From a virus: a DNA stretch of 64,000 nucleotides. Below, in pieces: positions 19,404-29,305 of this stretch (positions are counted from its first letter, which is position 1; each line of letters begins with the position of its first letter). The notes below the pieces were generated by a model. That model was not told the origin of the DNA, made no database searches, and saw nothing but the letters and a program-made list of their open reading frames with translations. The stretch covers positions 4,968 through 68,967 of IMG/VR virus record IMGVR_UViG_3300000530_000014; one strand, given 5' to 3'. A program made the position numbers and the translations under genes.

Positions 19404-19850
19404 TTAGATAGTTTCCAGCAACCAGATATAAAACGGACTAGAAAACTCTAATATATAAGTACCGTTCCACCCAAAGTCGATACAATTATCTAATACAGGT
19501 CTTAGAGGATCGTCGCCAATGAACTTGGTATGAGTCCAAATTATACCACCGAGATCTATTTCGTCTATCTCAATTTTTTTAATATGTAGTAACATATCTT
19601 TGAGTATTGCAGTCTTATCAGTGTTTTCGACGGTATCAGTGTCGGTTTTATTTTCTAATCTTAATTTTAATGTATGATTATTATCTATCTCGACAGCGAT
19701 GTCAAATTCTACGTTAAACTCCTCTCCGCTAGCAACATCAACAAAATTTTCTAATACACTGTCGTCATTGATTAAGACAGCGTATTTTGGTCTTTTGTCC
19801 CAGTATGTGCTACTCAAAGTAAGTTTAACGTGTAATTTTTCTTTTTCCAT
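19404..19850 (-). CDS. hypothetical beta-rich protein
   Basis: 148 aa, ends GWNGTY.LEFSSPFYIWLLE. Confidence 0.65.
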   Translation of the reverse strand: MEKEKLHVKLTLSSTYWDKRPKYAVLINDDSVLENFVDVASGEEFNVEFDIAVEIDNNHTLKLRLENKTDTDTVENTDKTAILKDMLLHIKKIEIDEIDLGGIIWTHTKFIGDDPLRPVLDNCIDFGWNGTYILEFSSPFYIWLLETI

Positions 19851-19853
19851 AAA

Positions 19854-20741
19854 CTACCCTTGTGCTTCTGTAGGAACCAATGGTTTTTCTAATTTAGCAC
19901 CCTGCGCTTTTAGTGTGTCTTCGATGATACCCATGCTGCCACGCTTGCCAATAGCGATTTTGTCTAAATCACCTGCGTATTCATAGTGACCCACATGATT
20001 TAACAAGACTTTGCTGTGCGCCCAGATCTCGCCACCGATAGCCTGCCAACGTCTGCAGAACAGCCAATCTTCTGATAGATAGTGTCCGCGCTCGTCGATT
20101 TTACAGTCAAAGATACTGTACATCATAGGTTCGTACTGTTTACCTAGACCTACATCGTCGACATATTTGGTTTCAGGATGCGCTGAGATCAACTGCTCGT
20201 AGACGTTGCGCTTGAACATCAAGAATCCTGTACCCATGGTATCCACAGTAAAGATATCACCCTGTATTTTGGTCTGTGGTTTTAAGTTGATAACATAGCT
20301 GACAGGCAAGGCTTTTTTAGGATACAGCCCACCGATAACATCTTTGTCGTATGCTAGCATGCTAAGGATACTCTCAGGTTGGAATCGTATATCGGCATCA
20401 ATAAACATAAAATGAGTGGCATGCTCGTTGGTCATCATTTTAGCCATCAAGTTATTACGAGCACGTGTAACTAAACTTTCGTTAACCATAGTGTCTAGGC
20501 TCCAGTTAAGACCGGCCTGTTGTGCTAACAAGGTAAATCTTAAAAAACTGGTCATGGTAGGTTCAGAAACCATCCCACCGTAGCAAGGGATTCCGATATG
20601 CAAGTGTACTTTACGGAAATCAAAAGCTACCCCGCCGGGTGCTCCATGGGCTTGTGGCTGTTGTGTTGCTTGTTTCTGTTTAGCTGCTGCTTGTTTGATA
20701 AGATCTACTGCTGCACTTTGACTGATTTTTTTGTCGCTCAT
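19854..20741 (-). CDS. GT-A fold glycosyltransferase-like protein
   Basis: IGIPCYGG, ESLVTRARN, FIDAD (DxD), GTGFLM, LSEDW.FC, H.G. Confidence 0.8.
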   Translation of the reverse strand: MSDKKISQSAAVDLIKQAAAKQKQATQQPQAHGAPGGVAFDFRKVHLHIGIPCYGGMVSEPTMTSFLRFTLLAQQAGLNWSLDTMVNESLVTRARNNLMAKMMTNEHATHFMFIDADIRFQPESILSMLAYDKDVIGGLYPKKALPVSYVINLKPQTKIQGDIFTVDTMGTGFLMFKRNVYEQLISAHPETKYVDDVGLGKQYEPMMYSIFDCKIDERGHYLSEDWLFCRRWQAIGGEIWAHSKVLLNHVGHYEYAGDLDKIAIGKRGSMGIIEDTLKAQGAKLEKPLVPTEAQG

Positions 20742-20764
20742 CGATATCTCTCTTGGTTAATTGA

Positions 20765-20941
20765 TTATGCTTTGCTAATTTCGACAACGACACCGTTGCC
20801 TAGTAATTCTTCTGCTACTGATGATAATGCTTCTAATGATTCATTGCTTACGAGGTCTGCATCTGTTACAGTACCATCTGGTGTATTTTTATGTAATTTG
20901 CTTACAGTAATAACGATCACTTCTTCTTGAATTCGAGCCAT
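20765..20941 (-). CDS. small hypothetical protein (58 aa)
   Basis: hand-translated MARIQEEVIVITVSKL...VVVEISKA; AGGAG RBS; fills gap; not in ORF track. Confidence 0.7.
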   Translation of the reverse strand: MARIQEEVIVITVSKLHKNTPDGTVTDADLVSNESLEALSSVAEELLGNGVVVEISKA

Positions 20942-20966
20942 ATGCCACTCCTTGAATTATATGCAG

Positions 20967-21704
20967 TTATTTATCCTGCACTATCAGCTCGTGGCAATTT
21001 AATATTATTCCCGGACAGATAAGGCTGATCATCTGTGTTATTTCGCTAGAGTCTGAATAAAAGTACCCGCTCCTTAGATATTGACTATTACCGCTTAACA
21101 TTTGGTATGTTGACGGCAGGATTTCTACAGAATTGGGAAGAAAATTAATCAGATAACCTAATATCTGTTGTTTAATCTCTTGGCCGTATCTACCGTCTCG
21201 GAACAATATCTTATATCGATAACCTATGTCTGTTTTTCTCAAGATCGCGCCCGAATTTAACAATTCAGCAGTTTCAGCATTTTTAGGACCTGTGATGCTG
21301 TGCAGATGTACCTTAGAAACGCTCTGTAATTGGTCTCCTAAGATATCTTTTAAGATTTCTTCGGATCCTGCGTATATGATCATTCTAGGTTCTTCTACAC
21401 GCAGTCTGACGCCTGCAGGACATTGATTTTTGAAGTTGCGCAGTATCTCTAATGCTGTTAGGTCAAGATCTTCTAGCTTTACTTTATAGAAATACTTGTA
21501 ATTCCAATGTCCTATATAACCAAAACGATTGGCTACTAATTGCCTAGCTAAGAGACTGGATTCAAAACTACCAGTATCTTTGATCAAGTCGATCCCACGC
21601 ACATTTAATATCAATCGATAGAGATACCGTCCAAAGAATTTTTTCTGTGTATGCTCTACCGCGATGCAGGGATTAGCTTTGGTCCAGTACGACATATCCA
21701 GCAT
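20967..21704 (-). CDS. hypothetical protein
   Basis: ORF track 20967..21758; start adjusted to MLDMSYW. Confidence 0.6.
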   Translation of the reverse strand: MLDMSYWTKANPCIAVEHTQKKFFGRYLYRLILNVRGIDLIKDTGSFESSLLARQLVANRFGYIGHWNYKYFYKVKLEDLDLTALEILRNFKNQCPAGVRLRVEEPRMIIYAGSEEILKDILGDQLQSVSKVHLHSITGPKNAETAELLNSGAILRKTDIGYRYKILFRDGRYGQEIKQQILGYLINFLPNSVEILPSTYQMLSGNSQYLRSGYFYSDSSEITQMISLICPGIILNCHELIVQDK

Positions 21705-23961
21705 CGTCAATCTCCGGTGGTGCTGAAACCGTGCCCAGAACCTTAAATGTAAATTCATCTGCAGAATAATCTACTTCAACTGTGCTGTGCGGAGCGATAG
21801 ATTCAAACAAGATCTTTTTACTTAATGGCACTTTGATAAGATCATTGATCTTGCGTGCTAAGGGTCTAGCACCCATTTTACTATCGTATCCGACCTCGGC
21901 TAACCTATCTACTGCTGCATCAGTTAATGTGATACTGATAGATTTTTCACTGAGCAGGTCGTTGACTTCATGTATGAATTTAGCAACTATACGACGTATG
22001 CTGGCAGTATCTAGTCGATTAAATTTACAAACACCATCTAATCTATTACGGAATTCAGGTTTGAAAAAGTCTTTTACTGCACGATCATCTTCGCCGGACT
22101 TCTGTAATTCTCTACCAAACCCAATATTGTTGCGCTCATTATCACTGGCACCTAGGTTAGATGTTAAGATGATTATAGCATTACGTGCATCTGCTTTCTT
22201 ACCGTTGCTGGATGTAATGACACCTTCATCCATTAACTGCAATAGTATATTGGTAACATCTGGATGAGCTTTTTCGATCTCGTCAAATAAAACAATACAG
22301 TTGGGATTTTTTTCTAAATCTGAAATCAATTGTCCGCCACCTAAGTTTCCATCGTCGTACCCCACATATCCCGGAGGAGCTCCAATCAATTTTGCTGCGG
22401 TGTGTTTTTCTTGGTATTCACTCATATCGTAGCGTACCAACTTCATACTCATGCCCTCCGCCAGCAATTTAGCTAGTTCGGTCTTACCAGTACCAGTGGG
22501 CCCTAAGAATAAGAAATTACCAATAGGCTTGTTTAACGGTTTTAACCCTGCACGTGCTACATAGATTTTTTCTAACACTGTATCTACTACACTGTCTTGG
22601 CCGTAGAGTCTGGTTTTGATAGTGGTTTCTAAGTCGCTTAGATTTTTAGTGCTTTCTGCACCGATCTGTTCAACAGGAATTTTGGTAAATTTACTGATGA
22701 TGTCTACTATATGACTCTTCTGTAGACTCCAATCTTCTTCCTGTGTGATTTTTAATTTAGCAGCAGCAGTATCCACTAGATCAATAGCTTTATCAGGTAA
22801 ACGTTTGTCATGCTGATAGCGTACACTGAGGTCGACAGCAGCGTCGATAGCTTCGTCTGTGATCTCTCCAGCATGGAAATCCTCGAGATAAGGTCTCAAT
22901 CCACGCAAGATATCTTTAGCCACTTGTGGAGTAGGTTCCTCCACAGTCAATCTATAGAATCTACGCATGAGCGCACGATCTTTTTCAAAACTCTGAGAAT
23001 ATTCTTCCCAGGTGGTTGATGCTACTACTTTGATTTGTCCCTTGCCCAGTGCTGGTTTAATCATGTTAGCAAAATCTATGTTGCTATTGCTGCCTGCACC
23101 TGCGCCACGCATCTGATGTGCTTCGTCAATAAACAGGATACATTTACCTTTGGCGATCAATGCTGCAATAACATCTTTAAATTTTTCTTCAAACTCGCCG
23201 CGATATTTGCTGCCTGCTAATAAACCAGCGATATCTAGATTGTATACTGTATAGTCTTTTAAATACTCTGGGACTAGACCGTTGACAATATTACGTGCTA
23301 ATCCTTCTGCGATAGCAGTCTTACCAACACCAGGATCGCCTACTAGCAATACATTACTTTTATTTCTTTTAGCTAATACGTGGGCGATCTCATCTAGCTC
23401 GAACTCCCTGCCTACTACTGGATCAATCTTGCCATCCTCTGCACGTTGATTTAAATTTTCGCAGTATTCTTTCAACACTTCATCTACACGTGAAGGAGTA
23501 ACATTACGAGTCTTAGGTTTGGTTTCTACATAGTATTGATCATAAAATTCGGCAATACCAGATGTGTCCATACCATATTTAATAAAGAAATAACTGCTGT
23601 GGCTCTTATGTTCATTGGCAATACTAAGGAAGATATCAATGATCTGTACATGATGTTTACCACTGAACAACACTGTGGTGAATGCGCGATTGAACACACG
23701 CTCTAGTGCCTGTGTCTTTTTAGGAGTAACATTCTCAACAGTAGCAGACATATAATTTTGTTTTTTGATATGCTTTTCTAATTCTGTCAACAATCCAACT
23801 ACATCAACACCGTAGGCTACCATGAGATCTAACCATGGCTTGTAAGTCATGAGACCAAATGTTAAATGTTCTAATGTTACATATTCATGATTGTGTTTTT
23901 TAGCTACTTCTGTAGCTGTGGAGATTACTACTTCGATTTCGGGATTATGTTGTATGCTCAT
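21673..23961 (-). CDS. clpA: ATP-dependent Clp protease ATP-binding subunit (ClpA-like)
   Basis: Clp-N HEYVTLEHL, two AAA+ modules (GDPGVGKT, GPTGTGKT), DEAH/DEIEKAH, PDKAID, GARP. Confidence 0.93.
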   Translation of the reverse strand: MSIQHNPEIEVVISTATEVAKKHNHEYVTLEHLTFGLMTYKPWLDLMVAYGVDVVGLLTELEKHIKKQNYMSATVENVTPKKTQALERVFNRAFTTVLFSGKHHVQIIDIFLSIANEHKSHSSYFFIKYGMDTSGIAEFYDQYYVETKPKTRNVTPSRVDEVLKEYCENLNQRAEDGKIDPVVGREFELDEIAHVLAKRNKSNVLLVGDPGVGKTAIAEGLARNIVNGLVPEYLKDYTVYNLDIAGLLAGSKYRGEFEEKFKDVIAALIAKGKCILFIDEAHQMRGAGAGSNSNIDFANMIKPALGKGQIKVVASTTWEEYSQSFEKDRALMRRFYRLTVEEPTPQVAKDILRGLRPYLEDFHAGEITDEAIDAAVDLSVRYQHDKRLPDKAIDLVDTAAAKLKITQEEDWSLQKSHIVDIISKFTKIPVEQIGAESTKNLSDLETTIKTRLYGQDSVVDTVLEKIYVARAGLKPLNKPIGNFLFLGPTGTGKTELAKLLAEGMSMKLVRYDMSEYQEKHTAAKLIGAPPGYVGYDDGNLGGGQLISDLEKNPNCIVLFDEIEKAHPDVTNILLQLMDEGVITSSNGKKADARNAIIILTSNLGASDNERNNIGFGRELQKSGEDDRAVKDFFKPEFRNRLDGVCKFNRLDTASIRRIVAKFIHEVNDLLSEKSISITLTDAAVDRLAEVGYDSKMGARPLARKINDLIKVPLSKKILFESIAPHSTVEVDYSADEFTFKVLGTVSAPPEIDDAGYVVLDQS

Positions 23962-23969
23962 AAAAATAT

Positions 23970-24806
23970 TTATTGTTGGTTAATCAATGAACGCAAAGTT
24001 TCTATCTGCGCGGTTGTTAAATTATTCGGAATTTCTATGACGGTATCGATATATAGGTCTCCTCGATTTTCTGTGTTCATTTGGTATAGCCCTTGACCGG
24101 GTATGCGGAATTTTGTTCCTGCTTGTGTTCCTGGTGGAACAGTAAGATTAAATTGTCTCCCATCTAGTCCTGCGACCGTTATCTGTCCGCCTACTATTGC
24201 AAGTAAACAGTTTACATTAACAGGATGCACGAGGTCAATACCATTAGCAGTATATCTTTCGGCATTGTGCACTCGAAAATGCACAAATAAGTCACCCCTA
24301 GGTATGGTATTAAATAGATTATCACCTAACCCAGGATATTTAATATTAGTGCCATTGGTAACACCTTTAGGTATGTTTACTTCCACAGTAAAAGCATGCC
24401 CATTAGTAGTCTGCACATTGATCATACGCTTCTGTTCTGACAAAGTAGTCACTAGAGGCAACACCACTTCTACACGTATGTCTTTGTTTTTACGAGTAGA
24501 TTGTCTGCCAAAATCTGGCCCTACACCAAACTGGAATCCGAAATTTCGAAATATCTCCTGTATGTCTTCAGGAGCTCCATGAAAATTGCGGAAATGTTGT
24601 CTGCCCCCGCCTTGTCTTTCCAGATCGTATTGTTCGCGTTTCTCTGGATCACTGAGCGTATCGTATGCTGATTGTATTTCTTGGAATCGTGCAGTATCTC
24701 CGCCACGATCAGGATGATATTGGCTGGCCAGCTTTCTATAAGCACGTTTGATTTCATCTGGTGATGCTGATTCAGCAACGCCTAGTGTAGCGTAGTGTGT
24801 CATCAT
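23970..24806 (-). CDS. dnaJ: DnaJ/CbpA-type co-chaperone (no Zn finger)
   Basis: J-domain with HPD, G/F region, C-terminal domain RGDLY. Confidence 0.92.
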   Translation of the reverse strand: MMTHYATLGVAESASPDEIKRAYRKLASQYHPDRGGDTARFQEIQSAYDTLSDPEKREQYDLERQGGGRQHFRNFHGAPEDIQEIFRNFGFQFGVGPDFGRQSTRKNKDIRVEVVLPLVTTLSEQKRMINVQTTNGHAFTVEVNIPKGVTNGTNIKYPGLGDNLFNTIPRGDLFVHFRVHNAERYTANGIDLVHPVNVNCLLAIVGGQITVAGLDGRQFNLTVPPGTQAGTKFRIPGQGLYQMNTENRGDLYIDTVIEIPNNLTTAQIETLRSLINQQ

Positions 24807-24809
24807 TAG

Positions 24810-24838
24810 ATTATAAAAGAAAAACCGGTAGAAATCAA
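24810..24838 (-). promoter_or_regulatory. sigma70-type promoter giving near-leaderless dnaJ mRNA
   Basis: TTGATT-N17-TATAAT ending 3-6 nt before the tandem ATGs; no SD. Confidence 0.6.
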
Positions 24839-24850
24839 TCTAACCGGTTT
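24816..24850 (-). terminator. intrinsic terminator after holin B
   Basis: AAACCGGT/ACCGGTTT stem followed by T-run on minus strand. Confidence 0.6.
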
Positions 24851-24860
24851 AATTTGATAC

Positions 24861-25211
24861 TTAGTTTGCGCCTGCTTTCTTCTCTTGTGTGCGCCCAAAT
24901 GCAGAAATACCTAACACAGCACCCATGGCTAAGTGGAAAAATCCTGCTCCTTTTAGCGTAATAGGATCCCATTGTGTTATCTGGCTAGGATGTAAGAAAT
25001 ACTGCAATACTCCCCAAAGTACAGGAAATACTACAAAATCGCATAAGCATACTAACATGTACAGCCATCCCATCGTTGGACGCCAGTATTGTTTCATCCA
25101 ATGCTCCTCTAGTTTTTTTTCTTCTGTCACTGGCATCGCGACAGTTGCAGGTTGTGCGACTGCTGGTGTAGCTATCGGTGCATCTGGTGTTGCGATATCT
25201 TGATCTGCCAT
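24861..25211 (-). CDS. putative holin (3TM-holin-like), copy B
   Basis: HWMKQYWRPTMGWLY, W.PITLKGAGFFH, GRTQEK; homolog of 10280..10588. Confidence 0.72.
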   Translation of the reverse strand: MADQDIATPDAPIATPAVAQPATVAMPVTEEKKLEEHWMKQYWRPTMGWLYMLVCLCDFVVFPVLWGVLQYFLHPSQITQWDPITLKGAGFFHLAMGAVLGISAFGRTQEKKAGAN

Positions 25212-25219
25212 TTTAGCTC

Positions 25220-25405
25220 CTAGGCGTAGGTTGTTTGATCGTGTTCAGAATGATGCAAAACCTGATCGTTACGATCATATATCTTAAATGAATCTGCATC
25301 TGATTTTTTTGCAAAATCAAGTGCCTGCTCAAAGTCTTCAAACATATGATCAACAAAAGTCAGTATACCGTTAATCCAATTGTGTAATCTTACTTTATGC
25401 GACAT
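25220..25405 (-). CDS. small hypothetical protein, tandem paralogue 1
   Basis: H.WING.L, (F/L)E.AL.FAK, KIY.., ends TYA as in 25417..25614. Confidence 0.7.
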   Translation of the reverse strand: MSHKVRLHNWINGILTFVDHMFEDFEQALDFAKKSDADSFKIYDRNDQVLHHSEHDQTTYA

Positions 25406-25416
25406 TAAATAGATCC

Positions 25417-25614
25417 TTAAGCGTAGGTTTTTGCTGTAGGAGCAGCTACTTCGTGCACCATTTGATCTGCATTGTTGTAGATCTTGATATGCTCGCCATC
25501 GAAGCGTTTAGCAAAAGACAATGCTTCTTCTAAACTAGCTAGGATATGTTCTTCGATTCTTAATTCTCCGTTGATCCAGAGATGTCTACGTACTTTATGT
25601 TTTGCTCCGCGCAT
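25417..25614 (-). CDS. small hypothetical protein, tandem paralogue 2
   Basis: same motifs as 25220..25405. Confidence 0.7.
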   Translation of the reverse strand: MRGAKHKVRRHLWINGELRIEEHILASLEEALSFAKRFDGEHIKIYNNADQMVHEVAAPTAKTYA

Positions 25615-25617
25615 GTG

Positions 25618-26694
25618 TTATTTTCCTTTAAAATATTTTAACCAGATCTTTTCAGTTCTGTTAGTATATTTAGTCAAATTTCTTTGATTTAGTCTAACGT
25701 TTAAGTCAGGAAATTCTACCGCACGATTCATAGCGTGGAAGATGCTATCACTGTCTGCAGGCATAGCATTGAATAATCTGCTGCTCCAAGGTATCTCTGT
25801 AGTGCCCACAATAGGTACACCTTGACTTATCAGATCAGCAGATACTATATTAAATGTCTCGGAAAAGTTAACCTGTAATCCTACATCCATGTCAGCACAG
25901 ATTTCTAAGAATTCGTCTCTAGGAGTCCACTCGTGCCCTATCAATTGATGCCCGTGGTCAGCTAGATGTTCAAACATGTTACGCAGATTCTGTAGTGCCG
26001 GTGACCCCTGCATTTCTACTCTGGTAGCATTGACATGGAATCTCAACTGTTTGCCGTGGTAGTTAGCATATTTTATAGCTGCCACTGCCTGCAATAGATG
26101 ATTTTTCAAAGGTCGTATAGCACCAAAACAAGCTACATCTATCCAATAGCGACGGCCTTTGAACTGTCCATCGGATTCTCTTTGGTATTTTTTATAGGTC
26201 TGTGGGTAATAATTAGGAAGATAGAACACACGATTTTTTATTTCCTGATCATCAATATTCCTATGTGTGGCCAGATAGGTACGCACTTCATCCAACATGC
26301 GTGGTGCATTAGCAGCGATATCTACGGTGGGAAATTTAATATATTCCCCTAACCAATCCATGGCTATACCTTCGCCTGCCATGAAAGGCATCTCGCTGTG
26401 TAGTCGTATGATCCACTGTACATCAGGATGCAGTTTGACTAATTCGCTGAATTTGCTGGGAACTACCCATAGTGCTTCGATGATAACATGTGTAGGTTTA
26501 TAGTCTGAGACCAATCTATCGATGTCATTATTATCCACTGCAACATCTAATCTAGCTTCTATTTTGTTTTTAACTAGCATATCCGCAACAAATTTAGCTG
26601 AATTATATAATCCTGTGCTTAATCCCTGAGGACTGTGTTTTACAGGATTGAAGTCTTCTCGACGTTTTAATATAAATTGAATTTTCACTGACAT
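25618..26694 (-). CDS. GT-B (GT4-like) glycosyltransferase
   Basis: FGAIRPLKN, SETFNIVSAD...GVPIV acceptor/donor motifs. Confidence 0.7.
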   Translation of the reverse strand: MSVKIQFILKRREDFNPVKHSPQGLSTGLYNSAKFVADMLVKNKIEARLDVAVDNNDIDRLVSDYKPTHVIIEALWVVPSKFSELVKLHPDVQWIIRLHSEMPFMAGEGIAMDWLGEYIKFPTVDIAANAPRMLDEVRTYLATHRNIDDQEIKNRVFYLPNYYPQTYKKYQRESDGQFKGRRYWIDVACFGAIRPLKNHLLQAVAAIKYANYHGKQLRFHVNATRVEMQGSPALQNLRNMFEHLADHGHQLIGHEWTPRDEFLEICADMDVGLQVNFSETFNIVSADLISQGVPIVGTTEIPWSSRLFNAMPADSDSIFHAMNRAVEFPDLNVRLNQRNLTKYTNRTEKIWLKYFKGK

Positions 26695-26716
26695 GGTTGA
26701 TGATACATCGATAGAG

Positions 26717-26974
26717 TTATACAGCTCCAGCTAGAGCGATCAGACCATTGATAACAGTATGCAGAGTCTGTTTCATCGACAGTTGCCCCATGTCGTTGAT
26801 TATTTCCAACTGTGCCTGTACATCCGCTAGCACAGCCTGTGTCTCATCTGCAGACATCTGTCCAGACTGGCACTGTTGAGCGATATCTTTGATGGTACGT
26901 GCTGCGTCAGCGAACACTGCGTCATTTGAGGTAATTATCTGTTCTAATTCTTGGAAGATTTCGTTGTAGTTCAT
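26717..26974 (-). CDS. small helical lysis-cassette protein, copy B
   Basis: 85 aa; Q.GQMSAD vs QNGEISSD in copy A; syntenic. Confidence 0.65.
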   Translation of the reverse strand: MNYNEIFQELEQIITSNDAVFADAARTIKDIAQQCQSGQMSADETQAVLADVQAQLEIINDMGQLSMKQTLHTVINGLIALAGAV

Positions 26975-27375
26975 CTTGGTCTTGTTCCCTGTACATGTTG
27001 TATTAATTTTGCTGCGTTAGCGATACTGGTGAATTTAGCTTCACAGTAGAATTTGCTAACAGATTTTGCTGTGCGGTATCTAGTGTTTAATTCCTGCGCT
27101 ATAGAATCTAATGCTACGGCTGCTCGCGCACTGTCTGTGTCATTGGGAAGACCATTCTCATAGACGCTGTATAAGCGTGTTTGATCTGCTACTGCTGAAG
27201 CATTGATCTTGCTCTGTACAGGACTGCCACAGTCGTTTTTAGATACTTCTGCGCTGTCCCGTATGGTAGTGATCAGTTGGTACTCGCTGGAATCAAAAGG
27301 TCTTGTATTATAAGCTTCTAATACAGCACAGTTGCTGAGTGCTAGTACTAAAGGCAGGATTAATAATTTTTTCAT
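26971..27375 (-). CDS. lipoprotein of unknown function in lysis cassette, copy B
   Basis: lipobox LSNC; PFDSSEYQL, FYCEAK, terminal GTRPR. Confidence 0.75.
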   Translation of the reverse strand: MKKLLILPLVLALSNCAVLEAYNTRPFDSSEYQLITTIRDSAEVSKNDCGSPVQSKINASAVADQTRLYSVYENGLPNDTDSARAAVALDSIAQELNTRYRTAKSVSKFYCEAKFTSIANAAKLIQHVQGTRPR

Positions 27376-27638
27376 TTTACGCTTTCAAATATTTTTTTCT
27401 GATCATTGTACCACTTGATCCATGAATCTACTTTGGTCTGACAGACCCGGTACTGTGAATAATTGCCAGTGACAGAAGTCAATACATCACTGAACTTGGG
27501 GTTTTTCTCTGTTATAGGCTGAAGATTGCGACATTCTGTTATTAGATCTTTGGGCACGTCAGGGAACTTTCTTTCTACAAAAGGTGTAGTGGAACAGGCG
27601 CTTAAGAACAGGACTAGTATCAAGCCGACATATTTCAT
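27372..27638 (-). CDS. outer-membrane spanin (Rz1-like lipoprotein), copy B
   Basis: lipobox LSAC; KFP.VP..L, WI.WYN.QKKIFE shared with copy A. Confidence 0.75.
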   Translation of the reverse strand: MKYVGLILVLFLSACSTTPFVERKFPDVPKDLITECRNLQPITEKNPKFSDVLTSVTGNYSQYRVCQTKVDSWIKWYNDQKKIFESVK

Positions 27639-28081
27639 TGTTGCCCTCCAGCAGCTTGATTCAATATAGACACTACGTCTGGTGTGATTTTACATGTAGC
27701 ATCTAACTGTGTTTTTGCTGTCTGTATGCGTGCCTGTACAGCCTGTTTATTGTCGTGTATGATCTTGACACGATCTACATAGACTTTTTGTATAACTGTG
27801 TTAGTTTCTTGGCTTTGCGCTTCAGTTGCTTTGACCTTTGCCTGCATGTCTTTGATCTCGTTTTGATAGATACTGGTCACTCCCGATCCACCAGACATAA
27901 AAACGCCGAATAAGCATAGTATCACAGCCAAAGGTCTGATAATCAACGCCCAGGGTTTAATCTGTGGCAATCTGGATAGAAATCCTACAACAAAGTACAC
28001 CCCTGCACCGGCCCCTGCTAGAGCTGGCCAGATCCATACAGGTATGTTGCCTACGATGAGATTGACTATCCACGACATCAT
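27635..28081 (-). CDS. inner-membrane spanin (Rz-like), copy B
   Basis: two TM segments then coiled coil, C-terminal Cys. Confidence 0.72.
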   Translation of the reverse strand: MMSWIVNLIVGNIPVWIWPALAGAGAGVYFVVGFLSRLPQIKPWALIIRPLAVILCLFGVFMSGGSGVTSIYQNEIKDMQAKVKATEAQSQETNTVIQKVYVDRVKIIHDNKQAVQARIQTAKTQLDATCKITPDVVSILNQAAGGQQ

Positions 28082-28085
28082 GCTA

Positions 28086-28709
28086 TTAGCTTTGGAAAAG
28101 ATCTAAGGCTTGATTGTAGCGATTGGTGCGATCTTCGAGACCCAATGTGCCACCATTGATAGCACGTGTAACATGCTCGATATCACCATCATCGCTCTTG
28201 GCATTTAAATCGTGTGCTTTCCAGAAATAGCAGGCAGACTCTACAGCGCCGTCAGGTGTTGCACAGTACTCTACTGCTTCTTCCAGGCTCTTACCAATAC
28301 TGGCAGCAAAATGCTCGTAGTTGGTCTTGCCAGTCAACTGTATAAGTCCTCGACCATGGTAGCGCCACCCATCACCAGACTCTTCGTCGCCATTGCCCAT
28401 GCGATTGGCGTAAGCACAGTTAGCGATTTTTTCTGGATTATGTGCATATTCTTCTACAGTATCTGCTGAAAAATGGCTGGGCCATACACGCAGCAATGAT
28501 TCTGCGCGATAGTTCAAGTTTTCTTGTAGTGCTGTGTAGTCGGCTGATTCATGCGCGGTCTGTGCTATAAACATAGCCACACGATTGACGCTAGTGATCT
28601 CGTAGCGTGGTAGCACATCATTTAATGCTTGGAACCATTCGCTGGTTTTGGCATTATCGTGTAATAGTGTACGCAACTGATCTTCGGTAAAATTAAAATC
28701 AAAACTCAT
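28086..28709 (-). CDS. glycoside hydrolase family 19 endolysin, copy B
   Basis: FIAQTAHES, ENLNY, GDGWRYHGRGLIQLTGKTNY, TRAINGGTLGLEDR. Confidence 0.92.
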   Translation of the reverse strand: MSFDFNFTEDQLRTLLHDNAKTSEWFQALNDVLPRYEITSVNRVAMFIAQTAHESADYTALQENLNYRAESLLRVWPSHFSADTVEEYAHNPEKIANCAYANRMGNGDEESGDGWRYHGRGLIQLTGKTNYEHFAASIGKSLEEAVEYCATPDGAVESACYFWKAHDLNAKSDDGDIEHVTRAINGGTLGLEDRTNRYNQALDLFQS

Positions 28710-28742
28710 AGTTATCTCCGGATGTATTGATAACTGTATTTA
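28707..28742 (-). promoter_or_regulatory. late promoter with 7-bp hairpin abutting endolysin RBS/start
   Basis: TAAATA-C-AGTTATC...GGA-GATAACT-ATG. Confidence 0.55.
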
Positions 28743-28747
28743 GCTGA

Positions 28748-29305
28748 TTATCGGCGTATGCCTGCTAAATTTCTTAGAGTTTCTGTGTGATCGTTTTTAG
28801 GAGCACGTGTAGTAACTGGTATGCCTGCTGCTGTGCGCATCTCGTCGAGATCGGTCTTGTTGTTGATTCGATCGTAGTCTTTGGGAGTTGCAGGTATGAG
28901 ATCTTCCAGTGCTTCTAGGCTATACGGAGCTTGTTTGTGTGTCTTGTAGTAGCGCACACGCCAGTCGCTTAGTTTCTGATCAGTGACATTCATGAGATCG
29001 TGCATGAAATCGTCGATATCTTTGATTGATTCTGGTGCTCGTTCTAGCTCAATAAACACTAAGTAATCGCCGTCTTCCATTTCTCCAGAACTTAAGTCAG
29101 CATCAATGACCCAACTGTAGCCTTTTTCTGCGAAACTCACTAGATCCTCTGCGGGTTCTTTACCAGTGACTTTAAAGCTCAACACTATAACATCACGGTC
29201 ATCACCTAATTTACTTTGGAATTCGTCGCAGTGCAGTTCTGGGTGTACTAGTCTTTTGAGATCACCTTGTTCGAGACCTTCGAGGATATCACGCATTTTC
29301 TTCAC
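28748..29305 (-). CDS. hypothetical protein (possible head-associated)
   Basis: MKKMRDILEGLE start, ends LRNLAGI. Confidence 0.65.
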   Translation of the reverse strand: MKKMRDILEGLEQGDLKRLVHPELHCDEFQSKLGDDRDVIVLSFKVTGKEPAEDLVSFAEKGYSWVIDADLSSGEMEDGDYLVFIELERAPESIKDIDDFMHDLMNVTDQKLSDWRVRYYKTHKQAPYSLEALEDLIPATPKDYDRINNKTDLDEMRTAAGIPVTTRAPKNDHTETLRNLAGIRR

